A stretch of 64,000 bases of DNA from Batkoa obscura (lineage: Eukaryota), in assembly GCA_030770535.1 (NCBI GenBank), contig JASVEC010000012.1:744001-808000 (forward strand). Reading direction: 5' to 3'. How positions within the stretch are numbered: position 1 is the first letter of the stretch; every line of letters begins with the position of its first letter. This document shows, in pieces, positions 11,138 to 21,730 of the stretch. The notes under the pieces are model-generated. The model was given only the letters and a program-made list of their open reading frames with translations. It was not told where the DNA came from and made no database searches. The position numbers and the translations under genes are program-made.

Positions 11138-14100
11138 TTAAAAGTCGGCATCATCGACATCATAAGTGTAGTTACACTTAGTTACATCAGCGTAATATAG
11201 TGGACATTTGCCCTTGGCATTATAAGCAGCACTCTTAAAGGTCATATCTTGACCTTTAGGTTCAGCGGTCCAACAAGGGAATTTAGCATCTGGAGCTTGA
11301 ACAGAAACGGATTTACCACTAGTATTAGAGGTAGCAGTAGATGGTGGGCATCGTGGGTAACATTCAGTAACATCAGTATAACCAGTATTACATTTTCCAC
11401 TATAATTCTTATCAACACATTTATATACACCTAATTTTCCTTTAATCCAGCATGCTGGTGCATTTGGATCAGTGATACCAATGGAACCTCCATAAGTACT
11501 ACATTTAGCATCGATTGGAACACATTTGTTGTGCTCACATTTAGAGACATCAACTTCATCAAGGCGACAAGATCCATCTTTACCGTATGGTTGACAGGCC
11601 CAAGTGTTATCCTTGTTAAGTGACCAACAAGTGTTTGGACTAAAGTTATCAAAGGTACTAGTAGAACCAGATTTAGTGGTACATTTAAGATCACCATTAT
11701 CCATTGGTGGACATGCAGGTGGTTTTGGAGTATTGAATGGGCATTTAGTGATATCCATTTCAGAGTATGAACATCCATCTTTACCCTTTGGTTTACATGA
11801 CCACTTATCGCCATTAAGGATCCAACATACATTATCTCCTGGTTTTCCGGCATAACCAATATTACCAGCTCCAGCATCACATTCTAAGTAATAAGAAGTT
11901 TCTGGTGGACAAGTTGGTGGGGGTGGTAGTTTCTTACATGTAGAAACATCAACTTCATTCTTTAAACATTTACCATCGGCTCCAGCTGGTTGACAGTTAT
12001 ATGAATTGTCTTTGTTTGATGACCAACATACATTCTTTCCTGGGTTATAGAAGGTAGAGTCACTAGCTGGGTTAGAAGTACACTTCAATTTAGTTTCTTC
12101 AGGCTTTGGACATGCTGGTGGAGTTGGTGGAGTAACTTTACAAGTGGAGATGTCAAGTTCAGAGTATGAACATCCATCTTTACCCTTTGGTTTACATGAC
12201 CATTTATCTCCTGACATAGTCCAGCAAACATTGTTTCCTGGTTCACCAAAGTAAGATCCTTTAGCACCATCATCACATTTAAGATAGTATGAATCTTCTG
12301 GTGGACAAGTTGGTGGGGGTGGTAGTTTCTTACATGTAGAAACATCAACTTCATTCTTTAAACATTTACCATCGGCTCCAGCTGGTTGACAGTTATATGA
12401 GTTATCTTTGTTTGATGACCAACATACATTCTTTCCTGGGTTATAGAAGGTAGAGTCACTAGCTGGGTTAGAAGTACACTTCAATTTAGTTTCTTCAGGC
12501 TTTGGACATGCTGGTGGAGTTGGTGGAGTAACTTTACAAGTGGAGATGTCAAGTTCAGAGTATGAACATCCATTATCACCTTTTGGCTTACAAGACCATT
12601 TTCCTTTATTTTCAGTCCAGCAAACGTTCTTTCCTGGCTCACCGAAGTAAGATCCTTTAGCACCATCATCACACTTGAGGTAGTATGAGTCAGCTGGTGG
12701 ACAAGTTGGTGGAGGTGGTAGTTTCTTACATGTAGAAACATCAACTTCATTCTTTAAACATTTACCATCGGCTCCAGCTGGTTGACAGTTATATGAGTTA
12801 TCTTTGTTTGATGACCAACATACATTCTTTCCTGGGTTATAGAAGGTAGAGTTACTAGCTGGGTTAGAAGTACAAGCAAGTTTAGTTTCTTCAGGCTTTG
12901 GACATTCTGGTGGAGTTGGTGGCTTGATCTTGCAGGTGGAGATGTCAAGTTCAGAATATGAACATCCATCTTTACCCTTTGGTTTACAAGTCCATTTGTC
13001 GCTGCCCATCATCCAGCAAACGTTCTTTCCTGGTTCACCAAAATATGAACCACTGGCACCATCGTCACACTTGAGATAGTATGAATCTTCTGGTGGACAA
13101 GTTGGTGGGGGTGGTAGTTTCTTACATGTAGAAACATCAATTTCATTCTTTAAACATTTACCATCGGCTCCAGCTGGTTGACAGTTATATGAGTTATCTT
13201 TGTTTGATGACCAACATACATTCTTTCCTGGGTTATAGAAGGTAGAGTTACTAGCTGGGTTAGAAGTACAAGCAAGTTTAGTTTCTTCAGGCTTTGGACA
13301 TGCTGGTGGAGTTGGTGGAGTAACTTTACAAGTGGAGATGTCAAGTTCAGAGTATGAACATCCATCTTTACCCTTTGGCTTACATGACCATTTATCTCCT
13401 GACATAGTCCAGCAAACATTGTTTCCTGGTTCACCAAAGTAAGATCCTTTAGCACCATCGTCACACTTGAGATAGTATGAGTCAGCTGGTGGACAAGTTG
13501 GTGGAGGTGGTAGTTTCTTACATGTAGAAACATCAACTTCATTCTTTAAACATTTACCATCGGCTCCAGCTGGTTGACAGTTATATGAGTTATCTTTGTT
13601 TGATGACCAACATACATTCTTTCCTGGGTTATAGAAGGTAGAGTCACTAGCTGGGTTAGAAGTACAAGCAAGTTTAGTTTCTTCAGGCTTTGGACATTCT
13701 GGTGGAGTTGGTGGAGTAACTTTACAAGTAGTAACATCAAGTTCGGAATAAGCACATCCATCTTTACCCTTTGGTTTACATGACCATTTTCCTTTATTTT
13801 CAGTCCAGCAAACGTTCTTTCCTGGCTCACCGAAGTAAGATCCTTTAGCACCATCATCACATTTAAGATAGTATGAATCTTCTGGTGGACAAGTTGGTGG
13901 GGGTGGTAGTTTCTTACATGTAGAAACATCAATTTCATTCTTTAAACATTTACCATCGGCTCCAGCTGGTTGACAATTATATGAGTTATCTTTGTTTGAT
14001 GACCAACATACATTCTTTCCTGGGTTATAGAAGGTAGAGTTACTAGCTGGGTTAGAAGTACAAGCAAGTTTAGTTTCTTCAGGCTTTGGACATTCTGGTG

Positions 14101-15745
14101 GAGTTGGTGGCTTGATCTTGCAGGTGGAGACATCAAGTTCAGAATATGAACACCCATTATCACCTTTTGGCTTACAAGACCATTTTCCTTTATTTTCAGT
14201 CCAGCAAACGTTCTTTCCTGGTTCACCAAAGTAAGATCCTTTAGCACCATCATCACATTTAAGATAGTATGAATCTTCTGGTGGACAAGTTGGTGGGGGT
14301 GGTAGTTTCTTACATGTAGAAACATCAATTTCATTCTTTAAACATTTACCATCGGCTCCAGCTGGTTGACAATTATATGAGTTATCTTTGTTTGATGACC
14401 AACATACATTCTTTCCTGGGTTATAGAAGGTAGAGTTACTAGCTGGGTTAGAAGTACAAGCAAGTTTAGTTTCTTCAGGCTTTGGACATTCTGGTGGAGT
14501 TGGTGGCTTGATCTTGCAGGTGGAGATGTCAAGTTCAGAGTATGAACATCCATCTTTACCCTTTGGTTTACATGACCATTTATCTCCTGACATAGTCCAG
14601 CAAACATTGTTTCCTGGTTCACCAAAGTAAGATCCTTTAGCACCATCATCACATTTAAGATAGTATGAATCTTCTGGTGGACAAGTTGGTGGGGGTGGTA
14701 GTTTCTTACATGTAGAAACATCAACTTCATTCTTTAAACATTTACCATCGGCTCCAGCTGGTTGACAGTTATATGAGTTATCTTTGTTTGATGACCAACA
14801 TACATTCTTTCCTGGGTTATAGAAGGTAGAGTCACTAGCTGGGTTAGAAGTACACTTCAATTTAGTTTCTTCAGGCTTTGGACATGCTGGTGGAGTTGGT
14901 GGAGTAACTTTACAAGTGGAGATGTCAAGTTCAGAGTATGAACATCCATCTTTACCCTTTGGCTTACATGACCATTTATCTCCTGACATAGTCCAGCAAA
15001 CATTGTTTCCTGGTTCACCAAAGTAAGATCCTTTAGCACCATCGTCACACTTGAGGTAGTATGAGTCAGCTGGTGGACAAGTTGGTGGTTTGGTAGGTTG
15101 TGGGCAAGTAGTGACATTAATTTCTCCAGTTGAACATACACCTTTGACTGGAGCTCTACATGTGTAAGCATCAGCTTTTCCACCCCAACAATCGTTACCA
15201 TCAGTTTTACCGAAAGTATGTGTCTTTCCATCTAAACCAGTACAACTAGTTTCTGGTTTTTCTTTTGGTGGGCATGGAGGAGGAGTAGGTTTAACGTACT
15301 TTTTTGGACAAGTTGAAATGTCTTTTTCATTAATAGCACATTTATCATTAGTCTTTGGACCACATTTCCATTTGCGTCCACTCTTTTTCCAACATACATT
15401 ATCGCCATAATCGTAGAAACTAGATTTACCACCAGAATTCGTAGTACATTCTATATCTGCAGAGTTTCTTGGTGGGCATGCTGGCATTGGTTCTTCACAT
15501 TCTTCTTTAACGTTAGAGTAACCTTCAGCGCACATGCCATCTTTACCAACAAAATTACAAGACCAGTTTGCATCACCTTCCATCCAGCATTCTGGACCTC
15601 CGACCATATCATAGTTATAGGTACTTCCGTTTAAAGTACAGGTGTCCCCATCTAATGGACAGTTGGCTTCGTCATAATACCCCTTAGCAGAAACAGCCAG
15701 TGCTCCTAGGAGTGCAGCAATTAATGGATTATTAATTGGTTTCAT
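11138..15745 (-). CDS. Large secreted cysteine-rich tandem-repeat protein (1535 aa, 23 modules of the 6-Cys type with Pro-rich linkers)
   Basis: Intronless ORF; signal peptide MKPINNPLIAALLGALAVSA; module approximately CP-x5/8-C-x16/18-CW-x6/7-[WY]xC-x7/8-C-x5-[DN][IV][ST]xC. Confidence 0.93.
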   Translation of the reverse strand: MKPINNPLIAALLGALAVSAKGYYDEANCPLDGDTCTLNGSTYNYDMVGGPECWMEGDANWSCNFVGKDGMCAEGYSNVKEECEEPMPACPPRNSADIECTTNSGGKSSFYDYGDNVCWKKSGRKWKCGPKTNDKCAINEKDISTCPKKYVKPTPPPCPPKEKPETSCTGLDGKTHTFGKTDGNDCWGGKADAYTCRAPVKGVCSTGEINVTTCPQPTKPPTCPPADSYYLKCDDGAKGSYFGEPGNNVCWTMSGDKWSCKPKGKDGCSYSELDISTCKVTPPTPPACPKPEETKLKCTSNPASDSTFYNPGKNVCWSSNKDNSYNCQPAGADGKCLKNEVDVSTCKKLPPPPTCPPEDSYYLKCDDGAKGSYFGEPGNNVCWTMSGDKWSCKPKGKDGCSYSELDISTCKIKPPTPPECPKPEETKLACTSNPASNSTFYNPGKNVCWSSNKDNSYNCQPAGADGKCLKNEIDVSTCKKLPPPPTCPPEDSYYLKCDDGAKGSYFGEPGKNVCWTENKGKWSCKPKGDNGCSYSELDVSTCKIKPPTPPECPKPEETKLACTSNPASNSTFYNPGKNVCWSSNKDNSYNCQPAGADGKCLKNEIDVSTCKKLPPPPTCPPEDSYYLKCDDGAKGSYFGEPGKNVCWTENKGKWSCKPKGKDGCAYSELDVTTCKVTPPTPPECPKPEETKLACTSNPASDSTFYNPGKNVCWSSNKDNSYNCQPAGADGKCLKNEVDVSTCKKLPPPPTCPPADSYYLKCDDGAKGSYFGEPGNNVCWTMSGDKWSCKPKGKDGCSYSELDISTCKVTPPTPPACPKPEETKLACTSNPASNSTFYNPGKNVCWSSNKDNSYNCQPAGADGKCLKNEIDVSTCKKLPPPPTCPPEDSYYLKCDDGASGSYFGEPGKNVCWMMGSDKWTCKPKGKDGCSYSELDISTCKIKPPTPPECPKPEETKLACTSNPASNSTFYNPGKNVCWSSNKDNSYNCQPAGADGKCLKNEVDVSTCKKLPPPPTCPPADSYYLKCDDGAKGSYFGEPGKNVCWTENKGKWSCKPKGDNGCSYSELDISTCKVTPPTPPACPKPEETKLKCTSNPASDSTFYNPGKNVCWSSNKDNSYNCQPAGADGKCLKNEVDVSTCKKLPPPPTCPPEDSYYLKCDDGAKGSYFGEPGNNVCWTMSGDKWSCKPKGKDGCSYSELDISTCKVTPPTPPACPKPEETKLKCTSNPASDSTFYNPGKNVCWSSNKDNSYNCQPAGADGKCLKNEVDVSTCKKLPPPPTCPPETSYYLECDAGAGNIGYAGKPGDNVCWILNGDKWSCKPKGKDGCSYSEMDITKCPFNTPKPPACPPMDNGDLKCTTKSGSTSTFDNFSPNTCWSLNKDNTWACQPYGKDGSCRLDEVDVSKCEHNKCVPIDAKCSTYGGSIGITDPNAPACWIKGKLGVYKCVDKNYSGKCNTGYTDVTECYPRCPPSTATSNTSGKSVSVQAPDAKFPCWTAEPKGQDMTFKSAAYNAKGKCPLYYADVTKCNYTYDVDDADF
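11903..15088 (-). repeat. Eight near-identical 396-bp tandem units (each 132 aa = one A and one B module)
   Basis: TGGTGGACAAGTTGGTGG recurs at a 396-bp period, from 11903 to 15071 (3168 = 8 x 396). Confidence 0.95.
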
Positions 15746-15820
15746 TCTAGATTAAGGGAATAAATTACACAGATACACAGTACCAATTCCACTTTTAAGC
15801 AATAAATGTTGTAAAGTCGC

Positions 15821-15830
15821 CCTTTTTATA
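15821..15830 (-). promoter_or_regulatory. Candidate TATA box of the large Cys-rich gene
   Basis: TATAAAAAGG on the minus strand about 80 bp upstream of the ATG; the same 10-mer lies upstream of the phosphodiesterase gene. Confidence 0.45.
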
Positions 15831-18800
15831 CTTTTTTTACTTGACATTTTACTATTTAGTTAATTTTAACACTCTTTTCCATTAAGTTACCAATAAAGAT
15901 GAATTTGGTGCAATTAAAAAGCTGATCATTTTAAATTTCAGTTTTCTGTCTATCAAATAAGTTTATTAAAAATTTGTATGAAGATCTTTTTATTATTATA
16001 AAAAATGGCCTCCATCAAATGTGTCAAAAAATAGGAATAATAAATTTAAATAAACTTAGCGATCTTTTTTTTCATGGCTCTTTTTTGGTAAATGATAGCT
16101 GAGGATATTACAGTAACCACAGCCGTTAGATACTAATTGATCTTTAAATGTTATAATAATTTATTACGCAATTAGAAATATGATGTTGTTTGCATTCAGT
16201 TTTAAATATTGGTAAAAATACACACATTAAATATAATTAACTGTTGTTTGATTTCAATATATTACATAATAACACAGCAATTGACATTACATCTAAATTA
16301 TATCAAGTTAAATCGTATAAAATATACAACCCTAGTTCTATTTCTTTTTTATTTAAGATATTTTGGTGTTATACCGTTAATTTATTTAAATCTCCTATTA
16401 GTTTGAAAAAATGTGTATAATTAGTTTTTAGAGTACCTTTTTTTATTTAGAGTTTTTAAAACTATCAATAAATATTAATGTTGATCTTAAATAACTTGTT
16501 TTTTTAAGTGAAAATAAAAATAATTGATTGCAATAACAAATATCCTTTACGTTTAAAATCAAGCATTGTTTTGGAGTAAGTATATTTTGATGTTCTAATT
16601 TTATACTCTCACCATTAATTCTCATCAAAAGCCAGTTATAATGAGAAACCCTCAAATAAGTAAAACAACTGAAATTAAATTATTTAAAGTATTGTCCAAC
16701 TTAGATAGTGTTATTTACAATTCAGTTAGTTTGGGTAAATTGCAACCTACTTAGCGATAGTTTTTGTAACAAAATAGCTCGATTAAAATGTGTTTTTAAG
16801 ACTTGAACTTGAGATTTTAACTTAATTTTAGTAAAATTTGCTCTCAAATGAACAATTAAATAGGTCTCAGTTTACCCAAATTACCTGTACATAGATTTCA
16901 AGATGTCAAAAATATAATTTAAAGTCCCTTATTAAAACCAAATTGTTGTAAAGTTGTCAGATGCTTATTTTTTAAAGACCAACTTTTTAAATCTAACTTT
17001 GTTTTAAGACTTTACGATTTTAAATTACATTTAAAATTGTTGTCAATCACTGTTTAAAAAAATGGTTTGGTACGAAATAAAGTCATATTTTAAAAAATTT
17101 CACTCTGGATATTTCTAATTACACCATTTGTGGCTACCTCCAGACTTTCATGATTTTTAAAAGCTAGCCTTTTATATAATATAATGCCCTTTTAAAAGTT
17201 CAAAGTGAATCTAATATGTTGTATTCAAAAGCGAGATATTTAATGAGAGTGTTAATAATTTTTTAGAACTTCCGAGATAGAATTGTATCTTACGATAAAA
17301 TACCAATTCAAACAGAAATTTGTTTTTCTGAATGTAATATAAACTTATTGATGTTGGTACATTTTTGATATTTTTTGTTTTTAATTTATTTTTAAAATTA
17401 ATAACTAAGCCACACCTAATATCTAGATTTTAATATTATTTTATCTGGTTTAAGCTACTTTTCACCTGTTACAAGGAGCAACGGTAAAATATAAATTTCT
17501 GACTAAAGTGCTATACATTTGTTATATCTAAGGTTTTGAGTTTTATATAATATAATTTATATTTATATAGTGCCTTCAATCTACTACGATTATAGCAAGA
17601 AAAAAGTACAATCAAACTGCAATAAAATAATTCGATTATCATTGAAAATAAAAGTAAGGGAAATTCAAATAATTGCGGTTAAAACTGTAACATTTTGTTA
17701 CGAATTTTTAGTTATTATTTATTTTGATTTTAGCAATTATTGAAAATAATTTTTCAAATTGTTTAAATTTTTTTTTTGCTATAGCCATGATTGGTTGAAA
17801 TATTATAATTTTAAACTATTGTGGTTATTTTTTTCTAACTTTTCTTAGTAATCATAAATTTATTGAATATCTATTCGTTTTTAAAGTATAAAAATAACAC
17901 TTATTGATACTGCAATAACTCTATAAGTAATGTAAACTCTCCAATTATTAACTATTCTTAAGTAATATTATCATAGCAACTACCATTGTACTAAAAGATA
18001 TTAGTCCAGTACTTTAATTTTGATATTACACAAATATTATGGTGATAAATGGGATATCTCTACTATAAATTAAATATTTTAAAATAGCTTTTAAAAAAAT
18101 AGATAGGCATTATAGATATGATATTGTACTTTATTTAAAATATAAAACACAGAGTATGAATAATATCCGATTGTAAAAATTTAAATGTTGATAGGATAGA
18201 ATCGAAAATACTATACTAAAAGTATGTTTCATTATAGTTGAGTAAGGCCTTCACTCACTCACCTACCGCATCTACTTACCTATATGTCTTATTATCTTTA
18301 TCCTCTTTCATTATACACCCATAATTTTAACGTCTGAAGCCTTGCGTTTTCAAAATTTTTTTAAAATATTCTAAAATTACGAGTGGGATTTTAATTTGAG
18401 TATTTTAAATAGTTGACATATATATTTTTATCAATCTTTCTAAGTTCCATTGTTTTGGTTATATTTTATAACATAATACTCTTCCTTTATGTATTTGTTA
18501 TAATATCGTACTTTTATTTTGTCATATCTTGAGCCACTAAACTTGACATTTGAATATTCAATGTCGATAATCTTTTTTAGCTTGTAGTATAATAAAATTC
18601 TCAATAAAATAATAGACTTACTCATCTTCAAAAGCATGATTTTATTAATATTTGAAAATTACAGATAACAAAAATCTCTTGCGAAGTAGGTAGCAGCAAT
18701 ATTTACAGATAAATATTTGTCAAATTGATTTCTTTAACTTAATTCTAGTATTTTCAGCAGAATTTCAACATAAATTTTGCTCTTAAATAAATAAACGGCT

Positions 18801-19169
18801 AATAATTTTGCAAGTTGGTTCAGCTGTGTTCCAATTTTGGACTGATTTTCCTTTGATTCTTTGGCATTTTGGTTTGATCATTAATTGAAGTGAGAATCAA
18901 TACCGCTGATCAATTTTAACCATCTTTCAACATTTTGTTAAGATCAAGTTATAATAAGGAATAAAGAGAGCGAAATAGCTGATTTTAAAAAAATAAATGA
19001 CTATTTTCACAAGTGATAAACTAATTGGATTATCATCAAAAATCAAAATTTCAAAAGTGGCTCATTAAAATATATCTTATAGTCTATTTTTGAAGTTGTT
19101 CTCCTTTGTTTTTACTATTACTTTCTTAATTCTGTAGATATTGACTATCTATTACATTTTTCACTAAGA

Positions 19170-20429
19170 ATGCGTTCCTACTATAGTTTATTACTTTTAA
19201 ATATTTTGTTGGGGGTAAAAGCTGGGGATTATAACAGTGTTTCTTGTCCACCAGTAGGTGCTACTTGTAAGTACCAAGATGATGTTTTTAACTTAACAAA
19301 TCAAACTACTCCTCCATGCTGGAAGAGTGATGGCGAGGATGGTTACGATTGTATTCCATTAGGAAGTGATGGTGAATGTAATGAAAGCTATACTAATATA
19401 GTGCAATCTTGTAAAAAAATTGATCCACCTAGTTGTCCAGCTAAGGATCAAGGAAACCTATCATGCAAGGCTCATGGATTGATTTCCGATACTACTGCAT
19501 CTTCACCTGGGGCTAATATATGCTGGTATAAAGATGATAATGATTCTTGGAAATGCTTACCAACTATAGATAATAATGAATGCGGTGAAGGACAATTAGA
19601 TATAACTACTTGTAAATTTGATGAACAAAAAGATGAGGCACCTAAATGCCCACCAAAAGACAAACCCTCCACTCAATGTACTGGTGACAATGGGAAAACT
19701 TATACTTTATTTAGACCTGGTAAATTCCATTGTTGGGCTTTTAAAGAAGATAAATGGAGTTGTACCTCTAAAAGTTTTGGTACATGTGACAAAAATGCTT
19801 TGGATATATCTACTTGTGAAGTAGAAAATCCAGCATCATCATGCCCTGCAGAAAAATATTATAATTTAAGATGTAAGAATGTTAAATCTGGCGAAACTTA
19901 TATTGCAGGCAGCCCACAAGAGTATGTCTGTTGGGCCAAAAATCGTAAGCAGAGCAACGAATGGGGATGTACTAAAAAATCAGATAATGGTGAATGTAAA
20001 GATAGTCAATTAGATATTAGTGCTTGTATATTTTCAAAACCAAAAGAACCTTGTTTACCAAGAGAAAGTAAATGCACTTATAAAAATAAAGAGTATACTA
20101 TCTTCGATCCAACAGCTCCTAAATGTTGGAAAAAGACAGATAATGGATACGAATGCTATTTACGTAAAGAGAACGAAGTTTTGTGTCCATCAGGATTTAC
20201 CGATGTAAGAGTTTGTTATCCTAAATGTCCGAAACAGGCAGCTACCTGTGATACTACCAATGATACCTATTCTCCATTGAGAGCTCTTTCTTCTTTAGAC
20301 CCTGAGGCTTTATGCTGGGATCCATCTAATGGTAACGATGACCCGTTATCATTTAATTGCTTCAAAAAAACCAAAGGAATCTGTCCATTAGGATCGGCCG
20401 ACATATCTCAATGTGGTATTAAATATTAA
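19170..20429 (+). CDS. Secreted cysteine-rich protein, six-module paralog of 11138..15745
   Basis: Intronless 419-aa ORF; signal peptide MRSYYSLLLLNILLGVKA; six modules with the same C..C..CW..C..C..D[IV]..C pattern. Confidence 0.92.
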   Translation: MRSYYSLLLLNILLGVKAGDYNSVSCPPVGATCKYQDDVFNLTNQTTPPCWKSDGEDGYDCIPLGSDGECNESYTNIVQSCKKIDPPSCPAKDQGNLSCKAHGLISDTTASSPGANICWYKDDNDSWKCLPTIDNNECGEGQLDITTCKFDEQKDEAPKCPPKDKPSTQCTGDNGKTYTLFRPGKFHCWAFKEDKWSCTSKSFGTCDKNALDISTCEVENPASSCPAEKYYNLRCKNVKSGETYIAGSPQEYVCWAKNRKQSNEWGCTKKSDNGECKDSQLDISACIFSKPKEPCLPRESKCTYKNKEYTIFDPTAPKCWKKTDNGYECYLRKENEVLCPSGFTDVRVCYPKCPKQAATCDTTNDTYSPLRALSSLDPEALCWDPSNGNDDPLSFNCFKKTKGICPLGSADISQCGIKY

Positions 20430-21579
20430 ATGAACTTATTTTTTAAGAAGAAATAAATTAAAATTCAAAATATTGTACTTTATTAAACTATTGATCTTTT
20501 GGTTTGTTTTATAAAATTATGACAATTAAGGAAAATACAATAAGCTGATTTATCCTTACATAAAATAAGCTGAAGTAACTATTAACATCTTTTACTGGAA
20601 AATAAATCTCAATGACAGTGTTTATTAAATCAAAAAATACGCTTAAAATAATTGAAGGGTACCGAGTTATTAGCGGTAACAGAAAAGGACAGCTGAAAGT
20701 GACCTTCGGCGTGGAGTCCTTTCTACCTTTCAAACTAAGTAGTTGCAAACAGGAGGAAAAGCCAATTGTGTCAAAAAAGCTTTTCGTTTGGAAAGACGAA
20801 TTCGAGGTAAGGGGAGATAATAGTGGGAGCCAAAAATAAGCTTACTATACTACTGGCTAATGGATTAAGTTATAGGAACAACTAATAAAGAAAAACAAGG
20901 TCTGAGAAAGGATGAAAAAGGCTTGGGATAAAAAAGCGATATAGACACCAGATGTTTCCAGAAACATTAAGGAATTCTCAAAGACTAAAGATTAAGATAA
21001 ACAAATCATTTGAATACAAGAACAAGTAGAGAGCGATGAGCAGAAGTATCTAGGATAGTAATGCAAGTAAATAGAGATGATAATACTGTCATATATATAA
21101 ATATGTAGCAGAAAGCTTAAAAATCATAAACAGCTTATCGTAAAGTAGTTTTCAGCTTAAGGTATAAAACTTAACTGCATGAGTGATATATATTCCAAAA
21201 GCCAACATTAGCGTCAGGAGGAATTATTTTAAAGTATAGATCGAAATGGAGTGAATAAAAACAAGCATTAAATATGTAATGCTAAACTCCAATACATTAT
21301 AAATGGCTTATTGCTAATAAAATAAGGCTATTTAAAGTTTTTTAATTATTTTAGTTATTTTTAATTAAGTGTACGCTGTTGAATAGAATAGATTAAATGC
21401 TTTGCTTCTTTACTTTTTTTATATTATGTTCTGTTTGCTTTGTTAGAATTACAAAAATATTGTCAATCCACAATGTAATAATGTGGTTTACTAAACAAAT
21501 TTAGTTTGGCACTTTTAACATTTATACTAGTAATTTTAAATATCTAAATTCATGTTTGAGGTTAAAAAGTGCAAATATA

Positions 21580-21674
21580 TAGAGATGTACCTTTTTGTTT
21601 AAGAATTCTACTAGCAGTTTTTCCACTAAATAGCGCTTGAAAATGAAAACAATGAAAACAAAAAAATACCTCCA
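21580..21674 (+). mobile_element. MITE copy 3 (degenerate)
   Basis: TAGAGATGTACCTTTTTGTTTAAGAATT...CCACTAAATAGCGCTTGAAAA...AAAAAATACCTCCA, flanked by TATA on both sides. Confidence 0.7.
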
Positions 21675-21730
21675 TATATTCAATGTTAAAGTTTCGAAAA
21701 ATTAAATTACATTATCGTCAATATTTATTT

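Noticed and set aside
11903..15088. Regular repeat array as a possible CRISPR
   Set aside because: Whole 396-bp units are repeated with no unique spacers, in frame within a eukaryotic CDS; no cas genes.
11242..15432. Series of repeated alternative-frame ORFs (MKLMFLHVRNYH...) in the ORF track
   Set aside because: Shadow frames of the 396-bp coding repeat; they recur only because the main ORF repeats.
18272..18282. TACTTACCT resembling the U1 snRNA 5' end (also TACTTACC near 52870)
   Set aside because: No downstream U1 stem-loops or Sm site recognisable.
16209..18930. Short ORFs and coding-like patches between the Cys-rich genes
   Set aside because: No recognisable motif, splice structure or sustained frame; possibly old TE debris but unsupported.
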